This document shows positions 40,822 through 52,700 of a DNA stretch of 64,000 nt, in pieces. This DNA is from Obrimoposthia wandeli (Eukaryota). Position 1 is the stretch's first letter; each line of letters starts with the position of its first letter. The DNA is taken from positions 1-64,000 of the forward strand of contig CDROCS010005092.1 in NCBI GenBank assembly GCA_977020255.1. The letters run 5' to 3'. The notes under the pieces are model-generated. The model did no database searches, was not told the DNA's origin, and was given only the letters and a program-made list of their open reading frames with translations. The position numbers and the translations under genes were made by a program.

Positions 40822-42036
40822 GTGACTGATTCGGCTAGCACCAACAATTTTTATGCTCATTTAACGGCGCAAATTGACCAAGTTAAAGAAGACGGTTTAT
40901 ACAAGGCTGAGCGTGTAATTACTACAGCGCAACAACCACAAATTGCGGTAAATACTGGCGAAGATGTGGTAAATTTTTGTGCTAATAACTATTTAGGTTT
41001 AGCAAATCACCCTTCACTAATTGCCGCGGCTAAAAAAGGTTTAGACGAGCATGGTTTTGGCATGGCGTCAGTACGTTTTATTTGTGGCACGCAAGACATT
41101 CACAAAACCTTAGAGCAAAAACTAAGTACTTTTTTAGGTATGGAAGACACTATTTTATATTCTTCATGTTTTGATGCGAATGCCGGTTTATTTGAAACAT
41201 TATTGGGCCCAGAAGACGCGATTATTTCTGACTCTTTAAACCATGCTTCAATTATCGACGGTGTACGTCTATGTAAAGCAAAACGTTTTCGTTATGCGAA
41301 TAACGACGCTGCTGAGCTTGAAGCACGCTTAATTGAAGCGGATGCCGCGGGTGCGCGTTTTAAGTTAATCGCCACTGATGGTGTGTTCTCAATGGATGGT
41401 GTTATTGCCAACCTGAAAGCGGTTTGTGATTTAGCCGACAAGTACAATGCTATGGTGATGGTTGATGATTCACATGCCGTTGGTTTTGTTGGCGAAGAAG
41501 GTCGCGGTAGCCACGAATATTGTGATGTTATGGGGCGCGTTGACATTATTACCGGTACATTAGGTAAAGCGATGGGCGGTGCTTCAGGTGGTTACACTTC
41601 AGGGAAAAAAGAAGTGGTTGAATGGTTACGTCAACGTTCGCGTCCTTACTTATTCTCTAATTCACTAGCACCAGCGATTGTTAATGCGTCAATCACCGTG
41701 ATTGATTTACTCGCTGAAGGCGGTGAGTTACGTAAAACTTTAAAAGATAATGCCGCTTATTTTAGAACACAAATGGAAGCGGCAGGCTTTACTTGTGCCG
41801 GTGCTGATCACGCCATTATTCCTGTTATGCTGGGCGATGCGAAAGTAGCGAGTGCTATGGCTGAGCGTTTATTGGCTGAAGGCATTTATGTTATTGGTTT
41901 TTCTTTCCCTGTTGTACCAAAAGGCCAAGCACGTATTCGTACGCAAATTTCTGCCGCACATACTAAAGCTGAATTAGATAAAGCAATTGAAGCCTTTATT
42001 CGTATCGGTAAAGAAATGAAAGTGATTGAGGGCTAA
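40822..42036 (+). CDS. kbl: 2-amino-3-ketobutyrate CoA ligase
   Basis: [25 protein letters not shown] and GTLGKA motifs. Confidence 0.97.
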   Translation: MTDSASTNNFYAHLTAQIDQVKEDGLYKAERVITTAQQPQIAVNTGEDVVNFCANNYLGLANHPSLIAAAKKGLDEHGFGMASVRFICGTQDIHKTLEQKLSTFLGMEDTILYSSCFDANAGLFETLLGPEDAIISDSLNHASIIDGVRLCKAKRFRYANNDAAELEARLIEADAAGARFKLIATDGVFSMDGVIANLKAVCDLADKYNAMVMVDDSHAVGFVGEEGRGSHEYCDVMGRVDIITGTLGKAMGGASGGYTSGKKEVVEWLRQRSRPYLFSNSLAPAIVNASITVIDLLAEGGELRKTLKDNAAYFRTQMEAAGFTCAGADHAIIPVMLGDAKVASAMAERLLAEGIYVIGFSFPVVPKGQARIRTQISAAHTKAELDKAIEAFIRIGKEMKVIEG

Positions 42037-42038
42037 AC

Positions 42039-43067
42039 ATGAAAGCGTTAGCGAAACTAAAAGCGGAACCGGGCATTTGGATGACAGATGCACCAAAGCC
42101 GGAAGTTGGTCATAATGATCTGCTGATCAAAATTAAAAAAACCGCTATTTGTGGCACTGATATTCATATCTACAACTGGGATGAATGGTCACAAAAAACT
42201 ATTCCTGTGCCTATGGTTGTTGGTCATGAATATGCCGGTGAAGTGGTCGGTATTGGCCAAGAAGTGAAAGGCTTTGCCTTAGGTGACCGTGTTTCAGGTG
42301 AAGGCCATATTACCTGTGGTCATTGTCGTAACTGTCGTGGTGGTCGTACACATTTATGTCGTAACACGGTAGGTGTTGGTGTGAATCGTGAAGGTTCATT
42401 TGCTGAATACTTGGTGATCCCCGCTTTCAATGCGTTTAAATTACCGGATGAAGTTTCTGATGATTTAGCGGCTATTTTTGACCCGTTTGGTAATGCTGTG
42501 CATACCGCTTTATCGTTTGATTTAGTCGGTGAAGATGTTCTAATCACTGGTGCTGGCCCTATTGGTATTATGGCCGCAGCAGTGGCAAAGCATGTGGGTG
42601 CGCGCCATGTGGTTATTACTGACGTGAATGAATATCGCTTAGATCTAGCGCGAAAAATGGGTGCTACGCGTGCTGTTGATGTCAGCAAAGAAAAACTTGC
42701 TGACGTAATGACTGATCTAGGTATGACGGAAGGTTTTGATGTTGGTATGGAAATGTCAGGCGTGCCAATGGCATTTACTGATATGTTAGCCAGTATGAAT
42801 AATGGCGGAAAAATTGCCATGTTAGGTATTCCTGGACAAGATATGGCGATTGATTGGAGCCAAATTATTTTTAAAGGTTTAACCATCAAAGGTATTTATG
42901 GCCGTGAAATGTTTGAAACTTGGTATAAAATGGCGAGTTTGATTCAATCTGGTCTAGATTTATCGCCAATTATCACGCATCACTTTAATGTAGATGATTT
43001 TCAGCAAGGTTTTGATATCATGCGTTCAGGACAATCAGGTAAAGTAATTTTAAACTGGGAAAAATAA
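42039..43067 (+). CDS. tdh: L-threonine 3-dehydrogenase
   Basis: [19 protein letters not shown] and GAGPIG motifs. Confidence 0.97.
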   Translation: MKALAKLKAEPGIWMTDAPKPEVGHNDLLIKIKKTAICGTDIHIYNWDEWSQKTIPVPMVVGHEYAGEVVGIGQEVKGFALGDRVSGEGHITCGHCRNCRGGRTHLCRNTVGVGVNREGSFAEYLVIPAFNAFKLPDEVSDDLAAIFDPFGNAVHTALSFDLVGEDVLITGAGPIGIMAAAVAKHVGARHVVITDVNEYRLDLARKMGATRAVDVSKEKLADVMTDLGMTEGFDVGMEMSGVPMAFTDMLASMNNGGKIAMLGIPGQDMAIDWSQIIFKGLTIKGIYGREMFETWYKMASLIQSGLDLSPIITHHFNVDDFQQGFDIMRSGQSGKVILNWEK

Positions 43068-43399
43068 TGGCAAATAGCGAAGAAAATTTTAAGCACATGC
43101 AAATCAGCGACCTGCAGCAAGTGTTAACTGATGAGGTGTATGTGGTAGTTGATATTCGCGATGCAGCCTCGTTTCAGGCGGGGCATATTCCTAACGCTAT
43201 ACATTTAAGTAATGAGAGTTTGCCTGAGTTTTTGCGTACCGCTGATTTTGACGCACCCGTTGTGGTGTGTTGTTATCATGGTATATCAAGCCAGCAAGCG
43301 GCGCAGTTTTTGATCAGTCAAGATTTCACCGACGTGTATTCTTTAGACGGCGGCTTCACGGATTGGCAAATGCAATATCCGGATGTTGTAGCACGCTAA
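43067..43399 (+). CDS. glpE: Thiosulfate sulfurtransferase (single-domain rhodanese)
   Basis: Active-site loop [10 protein letters not shown]; DIRD and GHIP motifs. Confidence 0.92.
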   Translation: MANSEENFKHMQISDLQQVLTDEVYVVVDIRDAASFQAGHIPNAIHLSNESLPEFLRTADFDAPVVVCCYHGISSQQAAQFLISQDFTDVYSLDGGFTDWQMQYPDVVAR

Positions 43400-44265
43400 T
43401 GTTAGAACAAACTCTGCGACCTTTGGTAAAAGTAACACAACATAATATTGCGTTACTTTTTTGCAATTATCTGAAAACATTAAATATTCAGGCGCAAGTT
43501 ATTGCCGAGGACGCCGGTTTTGTTGTTTACTGTCAAGATGATAAACATGAGATTGCTCAACAAGAGTTTGAGCAATTTATCGCAGACCCTTATCAAGCTA
43601 AATATCAACAAGCCGCCTGGCAAAGTGGTGATGTTACCGATGTTAATCCACATGCTCCTGCATTGTTAACTAGTTTTAAAAACCAATTTCTTTCACATGC
43701 AGGTATCGTCACGTTAACTATTTTTGCTTTATGCTGGTTAGTGTTTATTGCCAGTAATTTAGGCTGGGCGAATACGGTATTTCATCATTTACAATTCTAT
43801 TCAACATTAAACCTTGATGCTGTATTACAGGAGCCTCATCGTTTATTAGGCCCAGCTTTTTATCATTTCTCATGGCTACATATTGTGTTTAACACTATGT
43901 GGTGGTGGCAATTAGGTGGTTCGATAGAACGAACAATGGGAAAATTTAGCTTAATAACTTTATTGCTTGTTTCTGCAGTACTATCAAATATTGGCCAGTT
44001 TATGGTTGATGGCCCTAATTTTGGTGGTTTATCGGGTGTTGTATATGCGCTTGTTGGTTATGTGTGGTGGATGGGCTGGTTAATACCTGAAAAAGGTTTA
44101 TCGCTGTCAAAGCCAATCATCGGCTTTATGCTATTTTGGTTGTTGTTAGGCTACACCAGTTTAATGCCAATTAATGTGGCAAACACGGCTCACTTATTGG
44201 GTTTGCTCAGTGGTTGCTTACTAGCTTATCTTCAGTTCTTAAAAGCAAAAAAACACACGTACTAA
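43399..44265 (+). CDS. glpG: Rhomboid intramembrane serine protease
   Basis: HFSWLHIVFN, GGLSGVVYAL and ANTAHLLG motifs; start ATG 43399 overlaps the glpE stop. Confidence 0.93.
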   Translation: MLEQTLRPLVKVTQHNIALLFCNYLKTLNIQAQVIAEDAGFVVYCQDDKHEIAQQEFEQFIADPYQAKYQQAAWQSGDVTDVNPHAPALLTSFKNQFLSHAGIVTLTIFALCWLVFIASNLGWANTVFHHLQFYSTLNLDAVLQEPHRLLGPAFYHFSWLHIVFNTMWWWQLGGSIERTMGKFSLITLLLVSAVLSNIGQFMVDGPNFGGLSGVVYALVGYVWWMGWLIPEKGLSLSKPIIGFMLFWLLLGYTSLMPINVANTAHLLGLLSGCLLAYLQFLKAKKHTY

Positions 44266-44288
44266 AATCAGTAGGTGTGTTTTATCTA

Positions 44289-44408
44289 TATACCCACTTG
44301 AAGATTATCGAAAGGGTTAGCTTGATTGAAGAAACTGAAATCAATAACGCCGGATCTTTATCGCCTTGTTCTGATTTCTAGTGCTCTGAACCTTTGGGTT
44401 TGGGTATA
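44289..44408 (+). repeat. Compact 120-bp ERIC-like repeat
   Basis: TATACCC...GGGTATA termini; internal blocks ACTTGAAGA, AAAGGGTTAGC, TTGATTGAAG, AAATCAATAACG and GCCTTG appear in the same order as in 60829-61000. Confidence 0.85.
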
Positions 44409-44433
44409 GAGCATTAAGCTTATATTTTTAGGC

Positions 44434-44817
44434 TTAATTATCTAACCATTGTGTAAATAACAGCTTTTTAATTAATGGCTTGCCAGTTTCTTTTTCTAGT
44501 AACTGTTTAACTTTTTCTTCGCACAAACGCTGAATTTCATGTCGGCCATTAATCGATCTTATCTTTGCTTCCGGTTGTTGTCCGATAATATCAATAATAG
44601 CATCTCTTAATAACGGTGAATGGTGTTCCACGACATCATAATTTGAAGAGTCTTCGATCATTAACTCTACGGTTAGACGTACATAACCCATCTTTTTTTT
44701 CACTGCCACATAATTGGTGACAATAGAGGGTTCAAAGCCAAAATAAGCATAATCAGCGGCTTTAACTGAGGTAATGCTCAGCAACGCTAACAATAAAATA
44801 AAAGGTATTTTCATCAC
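44434..44817 (-). CDS. fliL: Stand-alone FliL-family protein
   Basis: EPSIVTNY, GYVRLTVELM, PLLRDAII and LLFTQW motifs. Confidence 0.85.
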   Translation of the reverse strand: MMKIPFILLLALLSITSVKAADYAYFGFEPSIVTNYVAVKKKMGYVRLTVELMIEDSSNYDVVEHHSPLLRDAIIDIIGQQPEAKIRSINGRHEIQRLCEEKVKQLLEKETGKPLIKKLLFTQWLDN

Positions 44818-45080
44818 ACTAAAACTCGAATCTGATAGTTAATTGGTTAAGCTAAATGCTTAATAAAATACGTACATACATCGTAATTAACTTCAATAAT
44901 AACGCGAATTTTGTTCAGGTGCTGAATTATTTAGCGTTTATTTATTCGCTTGATTTTTGCTGTCATGAAATAGTTCATTTCAGTGGCTATAGCGCATGGT
45001 TGAGCAATACACGTGGTAGGCTATATTTTTGTCAAGCTAAACGCTATCATACGTCGTTTTTCGTTAAATAGTTTTTATGT

Positions 45081-45644
45081 ATGACAACAGAACATTCATT
45101 ATTTCCGGTGCAAATGCTAGCAAATTGGCAAGCACCTGAAACTTTCATTATTCCCAGTAATTTACACGATTGGTTACTTGAGCCTAGTTCGCTAACTGCG
45201 CGGCTAAAACAACATTGTCAGCACTTTCATGTGCAAGTACTCGGGCAAGAAGTTATCGCTTGTAGTGCGGCAGAAGCCAATGACGATATTGTCGCGGGTG
45301 AGCAAGTTTTGGTGCGCGAAGTGTTGCTGTATTGTGATGATATTCCGCACGTATTTGCTCGTAGCTTACTACCTTTACGTTCTTTAACGGGTGAGCAACA
45401 GCAATTAGCTCATTTAGGCGCGCAATCTTTAGGGCAGGTATTATTTAATCACCCTGACTTATTAAGAAAAAAAATTGAAGTGGCAACATTTGAAGCGCAA
45501 ACCAGCGTAGCCAATTTGGTGAGCCATTTGTCGTTGGATATAAGTTTACAGCCATTATGGGGGCGTCGTTCTGTGTTTGTACTCGATGCTAAACCGTTAA
45601 TGGTTGCTGAAGTATTTTTACCTGGTGCAGTCGCATACTTATAA
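45081..45644 (+). CDS. ubiC: Chorismate pyruvate-lyase
   Basis: WLLEPSSLTARL, VREVLL, FARSLLP, WGRRS and LMVAEVFL motifs. Confidence 0.94.
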   Translation: MTTEHSLFPVQMLANWQAPETFIIPSNLHDWLLEPSSLTARLKQHCQHFHVQVLGQEVIACSAAEANDDIVAGEQVLVREVLLYCDDIPHVFARSLLPLRSLTGEQQQLAHLGAQSLGQVLFNHPDLLRKKIEVATFEAQTSVANLVSHLSLDISLQPLWGRRSVFVLDAKPLMVAEVFLPGAVAYL

Positions 45645-45659
45645 CAAAAGGGCATTACA

Positions 45660-46520
45660 TTGAGTGAGTTAATAGACAAGCTAACCGCCATTAAACACAT
45701 TACTCGCATGGACAAGCCTATTGGCACTTACTTGCTGCTGTGGCCAACTTATTGGGCACTATGGATCGCCTCTGATGGCTGGCCGTCATTACACATGATA
45801 TTGGTGTTTAGCTTAGGTGTGTTTTTCATGCGTAGTGCTGGTTGTATTATTAACGACTATGCTGATCGAAAAATTGATGGTGCGGTAAAGCGCACGCAAA
45901 ATAGACCATTAGTCACCGGTGCCTTGTCGAGTAGTGAAGCGTTGCAATTATTTGCCACTTTTATTCTATTAGCTTTTACCTTAGTACTGACCTTAAGTCA
46001 TTACACCATATTACTTTCTTCTGTCGCGGTTTTATTAGCGGTTAGCTACCCGTTTATGAAGCGCATTACGCACTTTCCACAAGTCGTGCTAGGAGCTGCA
46101 TTTAGCTGGGGAATGATCATGGCTTTTGCGCAAGAGCAAGGCGAGATCCCTGTAGTGGCTTGGTTATTATTTAGTGCCAATATTTTATGGACTGTTGCCT
46201 ACGATACTATGTATGCCATGGTTGATCGCGACGATGATTTAAGAATAGGCGTGAAATCGACAGCGATCATTTTTGGCGAAAGTGATAAGCGTATTATTAT
46301 GTTTTTGCAGCTAATGACCTTAGCTTTATTGTTTACTGTCGGAGATATTCTAGCGTTTGGCTGGCCTTATCAGTTGTCATTAGTGATAGCAGCAGGATTT
46401 TTTTGTTATCAACAAATGCTAATTTCTGGACGTGACCGTGACCGTTGTTTTCAAGCCTTTTTGAATAATCATTATGTCGGTTTAATTGTTTTTATTGGTG
46501 TAACGGTAGAATATTTATAA
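45660..46520 (+). CDS. ubiA: 4-hydroxybenzoate polyprenyltransferase
   Basis: RMDKPIGTYLLLWP, INDYADRKID and YDTMYAMVDRDDD motifs. Confidence 0.96.
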   Translation: MSELIDKLTAIKHITRMDKPIGTYLLLWPTYWALWIASDGWPSLHMILVFSLGVFFMRSAGCIINDYADRKIDGAVKRTQNRPLVTGALSSSEALQLFATFILLAFTLVLTLSHYTILLSSVAVLLAVSYPFMKRITHFPQVVLGAAFSWGMIMAFAQEQGEIPVVAWLLFSANILWTVAYDTMYAMVDRDDDLRIGVKSTAIIFGESDKRIIMFLQLMTLALLFTVGDILAFGWPYQLSLVIAAGFFCYQQMLISGRDRDRCFQAFLNNHYVGLIVFIGVTVEYL

Positions 46521-46524
46521 TACT

Positions 46525-46566
46525 TTTCACGTTATGAAATAAGCATATTTATTTCATAACTTGAAA
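46525..46566. terminator. AT-rich inverted repeat at the ubiA / siderophore-cluster boundary
   Basis: GTTATGAAATAA-GCATAT-TTATTTCATAAC with extended TTTCA/TGAAA arms. Confidence 0.6.
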
Positions 46567-46803
46567 GCGTAAACCAAACATTTATGGATCACCATAAATA
46601 ATGAGCAACGAGTCACAGAATGCGAGCATTGAATATGTTAGCGTGTAATTTCTCCCCTCATCTCCTAATCTTTGAAGTTAAGCGTAAACGGTCTTTTTTA
46701 TACACAAGTGAGAAAGCTAATTATAAATTATTTGTCAAAAAATATACAGTTCATTTGACTTTAGACTGTGGTCGTTTAATTGTTGTGGTTTAAATGTTTG
46801 CTA

Positions 46804-49708
46804 TCATTTAGCTCCAAAATTGACTAAGTTTTTTATCAACAACTCAGATAAAGTAGGGCCTATAGACATTAACGCATCTGGAGATAAAATATTGTCATGA
46901 GAAAATGGCAATCTAAACTGCACTAAATTACCCACAAATGGTGCCCATGACTTTTCTACATTCCAGCCTTCAGGTAGTGTCTTTTCAGCAACAAATAAGT
47001 GAACATTTCCTTGATACTTCTTAGTGGTTGCCCCTGATAATAAACGCACCGTATCATCATAATTCCCGACGATATCAGTAAACATTTTATCCTGTTCAGC
47101 TAACGACACTTCGTCTGATATATCATTCTCTGCTGCGGCTATAAATTGACGTTTTTCTCGTTCAACTTCTTCTTTTGCTTCGGCTTCAGTCGGTCGATTC
47201 CATTCTTGCCCTTCAGGTGGGTAGGTATCAAGTAAACCAACAAAAGAGACTTGCTCAGCTTGGCTTTCTAACTTTGCAGCTAACGCCATCGCAACGGTGC
47301 CACCAAACGAGTAACCAAGAAAATGGTAAGGTCCTTCAGGTTGTACCCGTTTAAGCGTATCGTAATAATGTTCAATAGCTGCGTCCATATCAGCACTTAC
47401 GGCAACAGCTCCATTGGGTCGAGGTGATTGCAAACCAATAATAGGGTAATTACCTTTGAGGTATTTCGGAAAACCTGTGTATTGCCATGAAAATCCTGAA
47501 CCAGGATTAATACATATTAATGGCACGCCTTGACCTTGCCGTATCGGTAAAATATGACCAAATCCTGCTTTTTCGGGATCGTGTCTTAATGTTTCATCAA
47601 CCAGCACTTCAGCGAGTCCTGCAACTGTTGGTGAGACCATTATTTGTCCGACAGAAACTGGCAACCCTAATGTTGTTCTTAGTGTTGCAGCGAGTTTCAT
47701 TGCTATTAAGGAGTGTCCGCCTAAATTAAAAAAGTTATCTTGTGCGGAGACATTTTCCACATGCAATAACTCTTCAAATGCCCGTGCAATAATAGATTCG
47801 GCGCCTGCAGAAGGACTTCTACCCGATAAATCTATGTTTTGCTCAGGATCCGGTAATAACTTTTTAGCTAATTTACCGTTGGCACTTAATGGGAACTCTG
47901 TTACCTCTACTAATGCAACAGGTACCATATGTGCAGGAAGTAATAGGGACAGTTCCGCTAAAATATTTTCATCAATAATATTCGTGTTTACCGTTATTTC
48001 TTTGATGTAATACCCCACGAGTTGACGGTTATCTCCTAGTGCATTGCTTAGTGGAGTATTGGCCAGTACCCTTGCGTGAACCGCTACCTGCTTTATGTGT
48101 TTAAGTTGTAGTAATGCTTGTTCGATTTCACCCATTTCAACTCTTAACCCACGGATTTTAAGCTGGTCATCGGTTCTCCCCAAATATTCAACGTTACCAT
48201 TGGCTAGCCACTTCGCCATATCACCGGTACGATACATTCTTTGTCCATGCTTAAATGGGTTAGCAATAAATCGGTCTGCGGTAAGTTCTTCTCTGTTCAA
48301 GTAGCCATTAGCAAGTTGCTTACCGGTTAAATAAAGTTCTCCAATAGCACCGATACCAACGGCGCGAAGCTGGTGATCTAATATATGCAATTCGGTATTC
48401 CATACCGGAGAGCCTATTGGCACCCCTTGTAATTCTGATCCAATAGCTTGGGCAGCAGCATAATGAGTCACATCAACAGCAGCCTCAGTTGGTCCATATA
48501 AGTTATACAACGGTGCGTGACATAATGATTGAAATTTCTCAGCTAATGCCACCGACAAGGCTTCTCCACTACAAAATACTCGCTGAAGTAAGCCATTCAT
48601 TTGAGGTAAGTGTGGTGAGTCCTCTACACAGTCAATAAACGCTGCCAACATAGAAGGCACAAAGTGCAACGTCGTTATATTTTCTGAGACAATAATCTCT
48701 AGTAGTGTTTCGGGATCTCGGTGGGCCTCGGGGGGAGCCATATATAAGCAGGCGCCTTGAATTAATGGCCAGAAAAATTCCCATACGGAAACATCAAAGC
48801 TTGAAGGTGTTTTTTGTAAAACAACATCAGTACCCGTTAGTTTATATTCATTTTGCATCCACAATAAGCGGTTAACAATAGCTTGGTGCGAGACAACAAC
48901 GCCTTTGGGCCGGCCGGTAGAGCCAGAAGTATAAATGACATAAGCAGCATCACTTGGCGAAATGTTCTGCTCTATTCTCGGTTCATGATTGGGCAATACG
49001 GTTGTATTACTGGCACCAGCATCACTGGTATCGTCAATTAACGACTCTATCAATATAATCTTGATAGACAACTGGCTAAACTCTCCTTCAGTAAATCGTG
49101 AAAAGTGTTCTTGAGTTGTGAGTAAAACATCAACATTCGCGTCAGACAACATCATCGCTAACCTTTCATCGGGGTAGGTACTATCTAGCGGTAAATAGGC
49201 TGCACCAACGTCAATAATTGACTGTAACGCAATACTCAATTCACAGCTTCGAGGAATGGCAACACCTATAATATGACTCGGTTTACTCTCCGGTGACTTT
49301 ATAATGTACGGTAACAAGCCTTGTGATACTTGCTCAACAATGCTGCGCATTTGCTGATACGTGAAAGTTTTGTGACTGTCTTTTAACGCTATTGCTGATG
49401 GGGATTTTCTCGCCTGCACACGCAATAATTCACGTAATGAATCGTTTGGTAATTCAATTGCGGTATCGTTGGCGAGATTAATTACATCAATATCATTTTC
49501 TGTTTGCATCGTTAACTGGGCTAAGGTTAGCGACGAGTCGTTTACCACCTGAGCAATAAGTTGAGTGAAGCGTTCAGCTAAACTTTGCGGCTCAGTAACG
49601 ACATCTCGGTATTCAAATAATACGCGAATATTTTTCCCAGGTAATACCAGAATCGTTAATGGGTAATGGGTATACCCCCTATTTTCGACATGCTCAATAG
49701 TCACACCG
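46804..49708 (-). CDS. NRPS 3' fragment (end of C2, A2 Ser, T2, TE); no credible independent start
   Basis: A2 pocket residues read DVWHFSLVDK; the first codons of the ORF-track model overlap the upstream frame. Confidence 0.7.
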
Positions 49709-52700
49709 CTATTGCACAGGATAATTTTCAACGACAAGTAAGGTATCAAAAAGGTTATAAATATTGACAAGACGTTGTATTTCTCCCAAACCTAAACAGT
49801 CATGCGACATCAAACTAATTTGTTGTTTTTGCAATTTAATTAGCTGTGACAAAAATGTTTCATTGGCGTTGAAATTAACGTTCACAGGCAGTGTATTACT
49901 AAACAGTCCTACCTGTTCATCTACACCGTTAATATCAGAAAAACGACCGGATACGGGACTCCCAAAAACGATAGTATCCCTACCTGTCATCGATCCTAGT
50001 TGTGCTGCCCATATACCTTGAATGAGTGTATTTAAGGTAATGCCATGCTGTCGACAAAATTCATTTATCTTTACCGTTAATTCGGTATTTAACGATCTAT
50101 GAAGCTCAGCAACGTGCGATGATTTTTGCTTGGCATTCGGATACAAAATTGTTGGTGTGACGTTTGTTAATGCAGATCTCCATTGAGCTTCAGCCTCTTG
50201 AGTTGCTCTATTCGCCATTTGATAGACAACGTCTTGATATCTACTGTTTGAGTCAACATTCAGCCTGTCAATATCATGATAACTGTTTAATAAATCACGC
50301 AATAGGATAGGCGTCGACCAGCCATCAATAATAAGATGATGAGCGGTGATCACAAGCTCATACTTAGCATCGCCCATCTTAATTAAAGCAATAAAGAATA
50401 ATCTTGCTTCATCTGCTGTATGCATTGCGCCTTGCTGACCCACATTAAAATGTCGATAGGCTGCTGTCATTTCAAAGGCGTGTAAGGCTTTTTCTTTTGA
50501 CGTTTCATTCATTTGGCTGAAATCGTGTTCAGTGACCGGACAATAACAACGAGCTTGCTCTATGGTCATTGACGGTATTAGCTGTAGCGGTTTTCCCGTT
50601 AGTTCAACATCAAATTTTGCGGCTAGCTGAGGGTATTTAAAGATTATGCGGGCGACGGCTTCTTGAAGTTTCGTGATGTTAACTTCACCATTAATTGTTA
50701 ATTTAGTGGTAAAGCTATATTGGCTATCGTCATCTGATACTTGTGTATGAAACAATAAACCCGCTTGTAATGGCAATGTTGGCAAAATAACCGATTGTTC
50801 GCCGTAATGCTCAACAAGTAATTTCACTTCATTAGGCGTTGGCATTATTGATAGCGCTTGGTGCCTATCGTTAAGTGCGTCAATATTGAGGTTAGCGTCT
50901 GTGCTTCGCACATTCACCTGTTTATCATCATGGCTAGTTTTGGCTAATTCAGACATAGAAACTACCATTTTACTTGGTGTTCTATCGGTGAAAATATCTT
51001 GAGGCTTTAGATCAAAGCCTTTTTTTCGCACGGCAATACTAAGCCTCATCGCGCTAATACTATCGCCTGCCATCTTGAAAAAGTCATCTTCAAGACCAAC
51101 ATTATCGAGACCTAGTATGGTTGCAATTTCCTCACATAGAACAATTTCTTCTCGTGTCGTCGGCAAGGCGAAATCTTGACTCACTATTGCTGGTTTAGGT
51201 AATGCTTGCTTGTTTATTTTACCGCTTACCGTGAGCGGCATTTCGAGCAAAATGGTGATAATAGCGGGTAGCATATAAGTAGGTAACGTTGATGCAAGAT
51301 GCTGGTAAATAGAGGCAATTATTTGCTCATTGGACAAGGGGTCATCGATAATGGTGCAATACGCCAACAGTCGATTACCATTGTCTGTTTCATCAAGAAT
51401 AATCGCGACTTCTTTGGTTACTTCAAGGCTTGATAATGCCGACTCAACATCACCTAATTCAATACGAAATCCTCTCACTTTAACCTGGTTATCGCAGCGG
51501 CCTACAAAAATCAATTCTCCATCAGTTGACCATCGAACAATATCGCCAGTAACATACATCACGTCGCCCATAACAAAAGGATCAGCGACAAATTTTGTTG
51601 CGGTTATTTCAGGTCTATTTAAATATCCTGCCGACATATTCTCGCCTGCTAGATAGAGTTCACCATTTACCCCCACAGGCACAGGCATTAATTTTTCATC
51701 AAGTACATATACTTTTGTATTTGCCAATGGCTGCCCTATAACTACATCTGCTGATTGTGAGGTTATTTCTTTGCTTGTTGCATAAACCGTAAATTCCGTT
51801 GGCCCGTATATATTGTGTACAGATATTGCTGAATGTTGTAGTGCCTGCCATAAAGAGGGAGGAACGGCTTCTCCACAGATAGTCATTAGTGCTGGTTGGT
51901 GCCGGCCTGATTCACATAACCCCGCTTGGACAAGTTGGGTCGCTAACGACGGCGCTACAGCCAACGTGTTTATTTTGTCTCTGTCGATTAGCTCGAGTAA
52001 GGTATATATATCCTGCTTTACCTCGTCAGCATATAAGTGCAATTTATGGCCTAACGACATCAAGATGATTGGATCCCATGAGGTATCAAATGATAATGAT
52101 CCCGTTAAAGCCACAGTAAGTTGATCACTTACTTCATCACTGTTATTGCTACTGATGTCGTTATTAATGCATGAATACACTTTGTCAGCTAACGCCGCGA
52201 CTAAATTGATTAATGCGCCATGAGAAACCATAACGCCTTTAGGGCGACCAGTAGAGCCTGAAGTGTAAAATACATAAGCAATATCATGCTTTTCAAATGT
52301 ATGCGCATGCATTGCTAAGGGGTGTTCATAGCAAGAATTTAGTAAGGCCAAGGTTGATTTATCGTCCAAAGACAAGGTATCAATTGTGCTAGGTAAAAGA
52401 TGCTTTTGCGCTTTCATTGTTAAGGTAATGCTAGGTATTTTATCTTCGCACATCATCGCTAAACGTTCAGCTGGATGATTTAAGTCCAAGGGTAAATACA
52501 CTGCACCAATGCTCATAATAGCAAACATCGAAATAATTGATTCAATAGTTCGGGGTAACGCTACTGCAACTAAATCCCCCGGTTCAACATTATGTGATAA
52601 GAGTAATCGACTTAATTGATTAATACGGCCAGAAAGCTGATTAAAATCTAAATGCTGCTCTTCAAATATAAGCGCCGTATTGTTGCCATGTTTTAGCGAT

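Noticed and set aside
46804-49770. ORF-track 988-aa protein as an independent NRPS gene starting at 49770
   Set aside because: Its first codons overlap the LFDTLLVVENYP frame of the upstream ORF and it begins mid-C-domain; it is the 3' half of one frameshifted gene
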